A stretch of 64,000 nucleotides of DNA from Myxococcota bacterium (GTDB taxonomy: Bacteria; Myxococcota_A; UBA9160; JAFDDA01). Positions 1-9,572 of the stretch are shown piece after piece. The DNA lies in assembly GCA_965228475.1 (NCBI GenBank), contig OZ245817.1, forward strand, positions 2,592,001 to 2,656,000. The letters are read 5' to 3'. How positions within the stretch are numbered: the first letter of the stretch is position 1; each line of letters begins with the position of its first letter. The position numbers and the translations under genes were made by a program. The notes under the pieces were generated by a model that had not been told where the DNA came from, ran no database searches, and saw only the letters and a program-made list of their open reading frames with translations.

Positions 1-1
1 C

Positions 2-766
2 CCGACGCCCGACAAGCCGATGATCCACGACTGTTCGATCACGGAGAACTGGTTCCTCTTCCTCGACCTCCCCGTGATCTTCGACGCCCAGATGATCCTC
101 GACGGGCACACCCTCCCCTACCGCTGGGAAGAGGATCGCCCGGCGCGGGTGGGCATGCTCCCGCGCGACGGAAGTGCCGAGGACGTGGTGTTCGCCGAGG
201 TCGAGCCCTGCTGGGTCTTCCACCCCTTGAACAGCTACGAGGACGAGGACGGCCGCATCGTGCTCGACGTGGTGCGCCACCCGAAGATGTTCGCCACGGA
301 CCTGCTCGGTCCGAACGAGGGTGCACCGACCCTCGACCGCTGGCTCGTCGACCCGAAGGGCGGACCGGTGAAGGAGACCCGCCTCGACGATCACGGCCAG
401 GAGTTCCCGCGCATGGACGAGCGCCGCATCGGCCAGCGGCACCGCTACGGCTACGGCGCCGGCCTGCAGGACGGCGCCTTCGTGGCGGGTGGGCTGCTCA
501 AGCACGATCTCGAGGCCGGGAAGACCGAGGTCCGCGACGAGGGCGCCCACCGGCAGTTCATGGAAGCCGTGTTCGTGCCCCGCGCGCCGGACGCCGACGA
601 GGACGACGGCTGGGTCATGACCTACGTCCACGACGCCCGCGCGAACCGCGCGGACGTCCAGATCCTGAACGCCCAGGACATCCAGGGCGATCCGGTCGCG
701 ACGGTCCATCTGCCCGAGCGCGTGCCCTTCGGCTTCCACTGCAACTGGGTGCCGGACGAGGCCTGA
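2..766 (+). CDS. Carotenoid cleavage oxygenase family protein (RPE65/LSD), 5'-truncated by the window edge
   Basis: Frame is open from the window start. Iron-ligand His motifs PMIHD, VFHPLN and C-terminal RVPFGFHCNW are present, plus EFPRMD and EAVFVP...EDDGW. Confidence 0.92.
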   Translation, partial: PTPDKPMIHDCSITENWFLFLDLPVIFDAQMILDGHTLPYRWEEDRPARVGMLPRDGSAEDVVFAEVEPCWVFHPLNSYEDEDGRIVLDVVRHPKMFATDLLGPNEGAPTLDRWLVDPKGGPVKETRLDDHGQEFPRMDERRIGQRHRYGYGAGLQDGAFVAGGLLKHDLEAGKTEVRDEGAHRQFMEAVFVPRAPDADEDDGWVMTYVHDARANRADVQILNAQDIQGDPVATVHLPERVPFGFHCNWVPDEA

Positions 767-818
767 GGCCGCCGGGAGGCGCTCAAGCCTCCGGTGAATC
801 CGACCGATTCACCGGGGG

Positions 819-1925
819 ATGGCCCGAGAAACTGCGCGCCGAAGAGGGGTCGACGTCCGGCAGACGACCCTCGACCCCGAGCACTGGTACCCGCTCGCCC
901 TCTCGAGCGAGCTGGCGCGCGGCGGAACCCGGGCGGTCGAGTGGGCCGGCGAGCCGATCGTGCTCTTCCGGACCGCGGACGGCGCCGTGCATGCGCTCGA
1001 GGACCGCTGCCCGCATCGCCAGTACCCGCTCTCGAGAGGGTGCGTCGAAGGCGACGGCCTGCGCTGCGGCTACCACGGCTGGCGCTTCGGCACCGAAGGC
1101 CGCTGCCAGGAGATCCCGAGCCACCCGGAGGCGAGCCCGGCACGCATGCGCGTGCGCCGCTACGCCTGCCGCGAAGCCTACGGGATGGTGTTCGTCCATC
1201 CCGGAGCCGGTCCGGAACCCCGCTTCCCGTTCTTCCCCGGATGGGAGCCCCGGCAGCGGCACTTCCTGCACACGAGCCGCCGCGTCGAATGCCACCCGAG
1301 CTTCCTGTTCGAGAACCTCCTCGACATGACCCATCAGACGCTCCATCGGCGGCTCATGGGAGGCGTGGAGACCGAAACGACCGGCCTCGAGGCTGGCGAT
1401 GGCTTCGTCGAAGCCCGCTATCGCTTCCACCGCGCCACCGGACGCATGCGTCTCGGCGGGCGGCTCGCCCTCGGCAGCGACGTGGGCGATGGAACGCTGG
1501 CGCACGTGACGGTCCGCACCGAGTACCCGTACCAGCTCCTCGAGGCCTGGCGCCCCGGCAGCAACGTGCCGGCGCTTCGCCTCTTCAGCACCTACACGCC
1601 CGTCGGCACGGAGGGACGCGCGTGCAACACCATCGGGGTCGTGGCCTTCCAGAAGCCGCCGGTCCCCGGCGCAGCGCGCGTGCTCGCGCCGATCCTTCGC
1701 CGCTTTACCGAGGCCATCTTCCGCGAAGACCGCGAAGCGGTCGAAGCCGAGCAGCGCGCCTACGACGCCCACGGGAATCAGAACCGTGAGGTCTCCGCGG
1801 CGGTGCTCCGCCTCCAGGATCTTCTCGTGCGGCACTCGCCCGGTGGAAACGAATCCGACGCGCCGGCTCCGCGCCGACGCCAACCGCTCGTGCCGACGAC
1901 GCCCCCGCCCCAGCCGTCGCCGTAG
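819..1925 (+). CDS. Rieske [2Fe-2S] non-heme iron oxygenase, alpha subunit (VanA/KshA-like)
   Basis: Rieske motif CPHR...CGYHGW, mononuclear Fe motif ENLLDMTHQTLH, and C-terminal IFREDR carrying the Asp ligand. Confidence 0.9.
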   Translation: MARETARRRGVDVRQTTLDPEHWYPLALSSELARGGTRAVEWAGEPIVLFRTADGAVHALEDRCPHRQYPLSRGCVEGDGLRCGYHGWRFGTEGRCQEIPSHPEASPARMRVRRYACREAYGMVFVHPGAGPEPRFPFFPGWEPRQRHFLHTSRRVECHPSFLFENLLDMTHQTLHRRLMGGVETETTGLEAGDGFVEARYRFHRATGRMRLGGRLALGSDVGDGTLAHVTVRTEYPYQLLEAWRPGSNVPALRLFSTYTPVGTEGRACNTIGVVAFQKPPVPGAARVLAPILRRFTEAIFREDREAVEAEQRAYDAHGNQNREVSAAVLRLQDLLVRHSPGGNESDAPAPRRRQPLVPTTPPPQPSP

Positions 1926-2014
1926 CCAGGACATCTCCCTCCGCCCGCCTGCTCGCGCGGTGCACCTGCGAATGAGTCCTTTCCAAGCGCCCCCATCCCG
2001 CCGATACTCGGCCC

Positions 2015-3700
2015 GTGAGTGCCGCGCCCCACACCTCTTCCCGCTGGCTCTGGGGGCCGACGTCGGACCTCCTGCTCGGCTGCGGCGGCTGGTACTTCTT
2101 CGCGTTCGCGGGCCTGTGCCTCTGGGGCGGCGCCATCCGCCAGGGCGGCGGCTTCGAGGCTCTCCCCTACATGACGCTGCTGTTCGGGACGCCCCACTAC
2201 GGCGCGACCCTCCTGCGCATCTACAAGAGCTCCGCCGACCGCCGCGCCTACCGCTTCTTCACGGTCTACGCGACGCTCGCCGTGATCGCGCTGTTCGCCG
2301 TCGGCGTCCACCAGCCCTTCGTGGGCTCGGCGATCCTCACGCTCTACCTGACCTGGAGCCCCTGGCACTACAGCGGCCAGAACTACGGCATCGCCTCCAT
2401 GCTGCTGCGCAAGCGCGGCGTCGCACCGAGCCCGCAGCTGAAGCGGATCCTCTACCTCTCGTTCTTCCTCTCCTTCCTGCTGACCTTCCTCGTGCAGCAC
2501 AGCGGCGGGAGCGGAAGCGACCACTTCGCGCCGCTCTCCTACGCCGGCGCCGGGTACACCTTCCTCCCGCTGGGGCTCCCACAGCCGTGGGCGGGCTACG
2601 CGATCACCCTCGTCGGCCTGGGGTACGTCGGCTCCTGGGTCGTCGGCGCGGCCGGCATCGTGCGCGCGGGAGGCCTTGCGGCCTGCGGCCCGGCCCTCCT
2701 GCTCATGGCGAGCCAGTCGCTCTGGTTCTCGATCCCGCTCGCCGCGCGCTACCTCGACCTCGGCCAGGGCTTCGAGCCGCTCTCGCGCAACTTCACCGAG
2801 TACTACTTCCTCTGGATCGCCGTCGCGCACTCGGTGCAATACCTCTGGGTGACGTCCTACTACGCCCGCAGCAGCGGCGACGACGCCGGGCTCACCGGCT
2901 ACTCCGCCCAGACCATGATGGCCGGGGCGCTCGCCTGGGTGCTGCCCTCGATCGTCTTCGCCCCGGACCTGCTCGGGCGTCTCTCCTACGACGCCGGGCT
3001 CGGCATCCTCGTGGCCTCGGCGGTGAACATCCACCACTTCATTCTCGACGGCGCGATCTGGAAACTCCGCGACGGCCGCGTGGCGAAGCTCCTCCTGCGC
3101 GCGAAGGAAGAAACGCCGCAGGCACCCCGGGAGACCGCCGGCCCCGCCTGGCAGCTCGGCCTCCTCGCCGCCGCCGGCGCGCTCTGCACCGTGCTCCTCT
3201 TCTACGGAAAGTTCGAAGCCGGCCGCGCGAGCGACGCTCTCACGAGCGGGGACACCACCGCCGCGGAAGCTTCGCTGCGACGACTCGCCTGGGCCGGCCA
3301 ATCCTACTCGGAAGGCCACCGCCAGCTCGGCGACCTCCTCGCCGCCGAGCAGCGCGACGGCGCGGCGCTCAGCCACTACGAACGCGCCCTCGAACTACGC
3401 CCGAGCGCCCAGACCTGGCAGGCCCTCGGCGGCCTGAAGCTCCGCCGCAATGACCTCCCGGGCGCCGTCGAAGCCTTCCGCCAGGCCGTCGCCGCCGCCC
3501 CGGACCAGGACGCCCTCCACCACGACCTCGGCGTCACCCTGATGCGTGCCGGCGACCTCGAAGGCGCGCGCGAATCGCTGACTCGCGCACGGGACCTGAA
3601 CCCGCGCCGAGGCATCCACGCGAAGATGCTCGAGCGGGTCGAGGCGGAGCTGACCACGAGAACCTCGACGCCCGCGCTACGGGATGGTCCCGGCCAGTGA
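2015..3700 (+). CDS. Multi-pass membrane protein with conserved His motifs and C-terminal TPR repeats
   Basis: About 10 hydrophobic segments with motifs PHYGAT, WHYSGQNYG, AHSVQY and IHHFILDGAIW. TPR-like units ALSHYERALELRP, AVEAFRQAVAAAP and ARESLTRARDLNP. Confidence 0.8.
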   Translation: MSAAPHTSSRWLWGPTSDLLLGCGGWYFFAFAGLCLWGGAIRQGGGFEALPYMTLLFGTPHYGATLLRIYKSSADRRAYRFFTVYATLAVIALFAVGVHQPFVGSAILTLYLTWSPWHYSGQNYGIASMLLRKRGVAPSPQLKRILYLSFFLSFLLTFLVQHSGGSGSDHFAPLSYAGAGYTFLPLGLPQPWAGYAITLVGLGYVGSWVVGAAGIVRAGGLAACGPALLLMASQSLWFSIPLAARYLDLGQGFEPLSRNFTEYYFLWIAVAHSVQYLWVTSYYARSSGDDAGLTGYSAQTMMAGALAWVLPSIVFAPDLLGRLSYDAGLGILVASAVNIHHFILDGAIWKLRDGRVAKLLLRAKEETPQAPRETAGPAWQLGLLAAAGALCTVLLFYGKFEAGRASDALTSGDTTAAEASLRRLAWAGQSYSEGHRQLGDLLAAEQRDGAALSHYERALELRPSAQTWQALGGLKLRRNDLPGAVEAFRQAVAAAPDQDALHHDLGVTLMRAGDLEGARESLTRARDLNPRRGIHAKMLERVEAELTTRTSTPALRDGPGQ

Positions 3701-3782
3701 CCCCGCCGTGTATCCTCCAACGGTAGCCAGTCCGCGGTTGACCAAGTTCAACACGATCTCGCCGACCGGAGGGAATCGCAAC

Positions 3783-4844
3783 GTGTCGCAGTTGAGGCGT
3801 CGATCGAGGTTCCTCCTTCTGGTTACCGCGGCGCTCGTAGCCCCCCTTCTTGTATCGGGCTGCCTTCGGAACCCATCCATCAACGACCTTTCCCGGGCGG
3901 ACCGATCTCGCCTTGCCGGATTGCAGCAGGTCGATGTCTCGGACCTGAGTCCAGCGCACTACCAGATCCTTGAGACAGTCCACGGCATATCCTGCCAAGT
4001 CACCACCTTCGAAGGTCCGCCCACATATCAAGAAGCGATGGACGGCCTCCGTCGTCGCGCAGCGCAGGCCGGAGCAGACGCCGTCGCGAACGTTGCCTGC
4101 GAAAGAACCGGCCTGTCGTGGTCGAACAACTGTGCCGATTCTATCGAGTGCATCGGCGAAGCGATCGCGCTCTCTGAACAGATCACTCCGCGCGACCATC
4201 CTGGCAATGCCTCTCCTGCCGCCTTGGGAACCGGCTGGTTCCTCCGAAACGGGCTCGTGGTTACGAACGAACATGTGGTTCGCGGCCGATCCCGAATTTC
4301 TCTCGTCTTACCCTCAAGAGAGGCGGTCCCTGCAAGGGTCATCGCAGCAGACGCACGCAACGACTTGGTGCTCCTTGAGACCGATGGCGGGTTCGAGCGC
4401 CCCAACGGAATCCTGCTATCCCAGGAACCTACCGACCCCGGGGCGGAGGTTTGGACGATCGGTCACCCGCACTCGAACTTTATGGGACCAGAGCCGAAGG
4501 TCACTAGCGGAATCATCAGCGCAGCAACGGGGCTTGGCGGAGATCCACGATTCCTACAGACAACGGTCTCGATCCAGCCTGGAAACAGCGGCGGCCCACT
4601 ACTGGACATGCGAGGTGTTGCGGTAGGCGTGGCGACCAAGAAGCTAGATGCTCGAGCCGTCTTCGAGATGACAGGCGACTTGCCCGAAGGAGTTTCCTAC
4701 GCGATCAAGGCGATCTACGTCCGTGCCTTGGTCGAATCGACCGGACGTCGATCAGCGGCAACGTCACACGAACCGGTGAACCCTTCCCTAGCCGATGTCG
4801 TCAAGAGAGTCCGCGGGTCTGTTGTCGGAATCGTGGCCCAATGA
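3783..4844 (+). CDS. Lipoprotein: RcsF-like Cys-rich domain fused to a trypsin-like (S1) serine protease, no PDZ domain
   Basis: GTG start chosen at 3783 with lipobox LVSG-C. Catalytic triad motifs TNEHVV, NDLVLL and PGNSGGP. N-terminal 4-Cys pattern GISCQ..PP..ADAV..CE..C..CIGEA. Confidence 0.8.
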   Translation: MSQLRRRSRFLLLVTAALVAPLLVSGCLRNPSINDLSRADRSRLAGLQQVDVSDLSPAHYQILETVHGISCQVTTFEGPPTYQEAMDGLRRRAAQAGADAVANVACERTGLSWSNNCADSIECIGEAIALSEQITPRDHPGNASPAALGTGWFLRNGLVVTNEHVVRGRSRISLVLPSREAVPARVIAADARNDLVLLETDGGFERPNGILLSQEPTDPGAEVWTIGHPHSNFMGPEPKVTSGIISAATGLGGDPRFLQTTVSIQPGNSGGPLLDMRGVAVGVATKKLDARAVFEMTGDLPEGVSYAIKAIYVRALVESTGRRSAATSHEPVNPSLADVVKRVRGSVVGIVAQ

Positions 4845-4879
4845 GCCGCAGGCAGGTCCGCTCAACGGATATGGGCAGT

Positions 4880-4920
4880 TGGTGGGCCCTGCGGGGCTCC
4901 AGCCCGCGAACCCGGACCAA
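4880..4920 (-). repeat. Degenerate copy of the tRNA 3' half (att-site remnant)
   Basis: tggtgggccctgcggggctccagcccgcgaacccggaccaa versus tRNA 6036 tggtgggccctgtggggctcgaacccacgaccctcggattaa. First 12 nt identical including CCA; same orientation. Confidence 0.75.
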
Positions 4921-5048
4921 GAGAAGAACCGAGTAGTCAGCGCGGCCCGCGCCAGAGCCGGCTGCGCGCAATCCCGCGGAGGATCGCGGCACCGAGCGCC
5001 GTCCGCGGCCCCACGTCCTTATTGCAGCCCCGAGGTAGCTAGGGTCCG

Positions 5049-5801
5049 TCAGCGCCCGATGTCTTCGGCACTCCAGCGCGAGGCTACGGGTCTTCGTGTC
5101 TGAGCAAGGCGGCCTAGCTCCAGTAGGCGCGTCCGGGCGATTTCCGGCGGAACGTCGAACGCGATCGCTATCAACTTCACGAACTCTCGATCGTCCGAAA
5201 CGGGCAGCCTGAGTTTGCGAACCGACTGGATGTCCCTGGCCGTACGGTCAACCGCACTCCGGAGTGGCTGGCGAGGCATCATCAGCGCCGAGGCGAACCG
5301 CGTCGCTTGCCACTCCATCCACCGTCTCGCGGGCGGGTCAGTCAGGACGTCAGCCTCGGTATCGGTCAACGTATCGTAGTTGCCTCGAAGCACTTCGAGA
5401 TTTCTATGGAGAACGAAATGCGCAAACTCGTGGGCCAGCACGCAACGCCGAAGGTCTGAGTTCGAGACTCGCCAATCAAGGAGTATCGCCGGCTGCGGCC
5501 GAAAGACACAGGTCCCGACCAGCACGCCGCGCTGCCGCCCTGGATTCAGATCGCAGATTTCAAAAACGAGCGTCCCGGCGGCGTCGAGCGAGACGATGTG
5601 CTCCTCGATGCTCACCGGCCGAGGCACTCGCAGTGCATTGCCATCGAAACTGGAGAGTTCGTCTTCTGCTAGCTGTTCAAGGTCCCGCGCGGAGTGATAC
5701 GGGACGCCGGAGGAGTCTACTTGGGTCAATTCTCCTTCTACGCCTTCCTGGAGGTCTTGGAGCCGATCAGATAGTGAGAGGGTTGACCAAGAAAGTAGCA
5801 T
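5049..5801 (-). CDS. ImmA/IrrE family metallo-endopeptidase
   Basis: RRCVLAHEFAHFVLH (HExxH) followed by MEWQATRFASALMMP, the characteristic ImmA/IrrE motif pair. Confidence 0.88.
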   Translation of the reverse strand: MLLSWSTLSLSDRLQDLQEGVEGELTQVDSSGVPYHSARDLEQLAEDELSSFDGNALRVPRPVSIEEHIVSLDAAGTLVFEICDLNPGRQRGVLVGTCVFRPQPAILLDWRVSNSDLRRCVLAHEFAHFVLHRNLEVLRGNYDTLTDTEADVLTDPPARRWMEWQATRFASALMMPRQPLRSAVDRTARDIQSVRKLRLPVSDDREFVKLIAIAFDVPPEIARTRLLELGRLAQTRRPVASRWSAEDIGR

Positions 5802-5871
5802 TCACTTCACAGGTTCCCTACATCCCGGAGCACCCCTCCACACCAAGTCTCCCCGCAACTCGACACACGCC

Positions 5872-6006
5872 CGTTGGGTCGCCGATCAACTCGGTCACTC
5901 TGACCCGGCTTTGACTCTCCGGGTCTGTGCCAACGCGTTGCGGGAGGCCGACACGGGCCTCTGTTCTGCCGCGTCCAGCGCCCCCGGCCGGCCCTATGCG
6001 GCCCCC
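5872..6006 (+). pseudogene. C-terminal remnant of a tyrosine recombinase/integrase
   Basis: Manual translation RWVADQLGHSDPALTLRVCANALRE matches integrase box II (LGH..x..T..Y). The catalytic Tyr codon reads TGT (Cys). No upstream integrase body; points toward the tRNA 3' end. Confidence 0.75.
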
Positions 6007-6035
6007 CATGTGGATGAACGGACGATGATCTGAAG

Positions 6036-6111
6036 TGGTGGGCCCTGTGGGGCTCGAACCCACGACCCTCGGATTAAAAGTCCGGTGCTCTACCAACTGA
6101 GCTAAGGGCCC
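6036..6111 (-). tRNA. tRNA-Lys (anticodon TTT)
   Basis: Reverse complement GGGCCCTTAGCTCAGTTGGTAGAGCACCGGACTTTTAATCCGAGGGTCGTGGGTTCGAGCCCCACAGGGCCCACCA: 76-nt cloverleaf with TTCGA T-loop and encoded CCA. Confidence 0.98.
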
Positions 6112-6145
6112 GGGCCGAGGTTAGCGCGCCGCGCGGGGCCTGCGG

Positions 6146-8224
6146 CTACGGCTGCGCCGGTGCGCCGGGGCGGTTGGCCGCCTGCCAGCGGTCGCAGCGG
6201 GTGATGAGGTCGTCGAGGACGGCGACGACGCGTTCGCGTTCGCGGACTTCGTTGCTGGTGACGTCCGGGGCGAGGCGGAGATCCGGGACTTCGTCGCGCA
6301 GGGTGTCGGCGACGCTGCGCAGGCCGCCGACGATGCGCTCGAATTCGTCCCAGGCGCCCTGTCGGCCGACGACGACCTCGCGCAGGAAGACGTCGATCTT
6401 CACGGCGAGGACGAGCACGGTCCGGGCGTTCAGGCCGGCGTTCATGGCGGCGACGCCGCCTCCGCCGGCCAGGCCGAGGAGCGCTCCGCCTCCGACCAGG
6501 ATCACCGTCCCGTGGGCGACGGCGGCGCTTCCGAGGTGCAGGATCGCGCCGAAGCCGAGGGCCGCGAGGCCGGTATTCGCGGCGATGGCGCTGGCGAGCC
6601 CGAGCAGGCCGCCGAAGGCGCTCCCGATGATCGGCGCAGCGAGGCCCGCGGTGAGCGCGCCGAGCGCGAGTCCGCCGAGCGCGACCGTCCCGACGCGCGC
6701 CCAGAACCGCGAGAGGTCCTTCAGCGCCGAACTCGAGGCGCGTTCGAGCGTGACGGGCCACGCCTCGCTCCGACCGAGCCGTTTCGCCGCGCTCCGCAGC
6801 CCAGCGCGGCGCACTTCCTTGTCGAGGGACGAACCGCCGAAGGGTCGCATGCGGCGGCGCTTTCCATCCGAGGGCCAGTACGGCTCGAAGCCCACCAGCT
6901 CGAGCAGGATGAGATCCTGGGCGTGGCGGTTCTGGGAGCCTTCGAGAGCCTCGCAGGCGGCCGCGAACTCGGGGGTCTCGACCCCGAGGATCTGCGGCAC
7001 GTCCGCACCCGAGAACTCCTCGAAGCGGCGGCGCCAGAGGTCCTGCCACTCGGCGTACCAATCCTTCTTGCGCTGAAGGCCATCGTTGGAACCGCGCGTG
7101 GGCGCGGTGGCCTTGATGTCGGCTTCGACGAGGGACGCCTGGAGCGAGGCGAGCACCGTCGTCGCCGTCGCGTCGAGGGCGAACTCGCGCAGCACGCCCT
7201 GCTCCACCCGGCCGACCCCGCCGAGGCGCGACGCGTCGAGGATGCGCCGCCAGTGCGGGTCGTCCTCGTCGATCTCGAGCGCGCGTGCGGCCCGCGCCGC
7301 GCGGCGGAAGTGGAAGAGTGCGAGGCCGAGCCGGGGAAGCAACACGTAGGCCACGCCGGTGATCGCCCAGACGTGGAGCCAGATCGCGGCCTCGGCCCCG
7401 GCCGGGTCGGCCAGCGCCCGCACCGCCTCGGCGTCCGGGAACGCCCCGCCGAGCGCCAGCGCCCCGGGCAGGAAGACGCCGTGGACGAGGCTTTCGCGCG
7501 CGGCCTCGGTGCCGACGAGCGTGCTCTCCCAGAAGGCGCGGTAGCCGAAGCCGACGCCGCGCAGGTACATCCCCGCGAGGGTGCCGAGGGCGAAGCCCAC
7601 GGCCGAGAGGTTCAGGATGCCGCGCACCCGATCGGTCGCGGGGGCCGCGGCGTGGGCGGCGTGCAGGGCGCGGAAGCGCGTCGCCACGGGCCCGAGGCCC
7701 TCGGCGGTCGAAGCGGCCCCGCGGCCCCAGAGCCGCACGAGCCAGCGAAAACCCGCGAGCAGGCCGCGCCCGAGCCAGCCGAAGTTCCCGGCGATCACCG
7801 AGGTCGGCGCGCGGAGCGACTCGTTCGCACCGGCGTCCGCTCCCCGTGGCTTCCACCCGCCGGTCGCCAGGAACGCCAGGTACGCGCCGACGCTCCAGAG
7901 CACGAGCGCCATCATCGGATTCACGAAGAGATGGATCTTCCCGCCGGGCCCGAGCGAGGCCCCCGCCACACCGAGCAGCGCGGCGCCCGCCGGAACCGCG
8001 CCGAGCAGCCAGCGCGGGGGCAGCGCGCCGTTCGCGAGCTCGGCGAGCCCGGCCGGCATGCGTTCGAGCAGGACGTCCGCGCGCCGGAGCAGCCAGGGCG
8101 CGAGCTCGTCGCGCTCCCCGGCCGCCTCGTTCGCCGCCGCGATGGATTCGGGCAGGAACGCGCCCTCCTCCACCTCTTCGAAGGCACGGACGAGGAGCAC
8201 TCGCTTGAGTTCGGCTTCCTGCAT
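6146..8224 (-). CDS. Membrane protein: DUF2868-like N-terminal half plus Gly/Ala-rich hydrophobic C-terminal half
   Basis: GMYLRG...YRAFWESTL and YVLLPRL motifs resemble DUF2868. The C-terminal GGLALGALTAGLAAPIIG segment is a glycine-zipper-like region. Confidence 0.6.
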   Translation of the reverse strand: MQEAELKRVLLVRAFEEVEEGAFLPESIAAANEAAGERDELAPWLLRRADVLLERMPAGLAELANGALPPRWLLGAVPAGAALLGVAGASLGPGGKIHLFVNPMMALVLWSVGAYLAFLATGGWKPRGADAGANESLRAPTSVIAGNFGWLGRGLLAGFRWLVRLWGRGAASTAEGLGPVATRFRALHAAHAAAPATDRVRGILNLSAVGFALGTLAGMYLRGVGFGYRAFWESTLVGTEAARESLVHGVFLPGALALGGAFPDAEAVRALADPAGAEAAIWLHVWAITGVAYVLLPRLGLALFHFRRAARAARALEIDEDDPHWRRILDASRLGGVGRVEQGVLREFALDATATTVLASLQASLVEADIKATAPTRGSNDGLQRKKDWYAEWQDLWRRRFEEFSGADVPQILGVETPEFAAACEALEGSQNRHAQDLILLELVGFEPYWPSDGKRRRMRPFGGSSLDKEVRRAGLRSAAKRLGRSEAWPVTLERASSSALKDLSRFWARVGTVALGGLALGALTAGLAAPIIGSAFGGLLGLASAIAANTGLAALGFGAILHLGSAAVAHGTVILVGGGALLGLAGGGGVAAMNAGLNARTVLVLAVKIDVFLREVVVGRQGAWDEFERIVGGLRSVADTLRDEVPDLRLAPDVTSNEVRERERVVAVLDDLITRCDRWQAANRPGAPAQP

Positions 8225-8274
8225 CGAGACGCGATGCTACCGGAGCCCGTGCCCGGGTAGCTCGTCCGGCACGC

Positions 8275-9570
<1,296 letters not shown>

Positions 9571-9572
9571 GG

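Larger units (their letters stand above)
4880..6036. mobile_element. Decayed integrative element (about 1.15 kb) at the tRNA-Lys 3' end
   Basis: Bounded by the tRNA 3' end and its degenerate direct repeat. Contains an ImmA/IrrE gene and an integrase fragment. Visibly more AT-rich than the flanks. Confidence 0.7.

Noticed and set aside
5818..6096. 92-aa minus-strand ORF
   Set aside because: It starts inside the tRNA and is the antisense of the integrase remnant.
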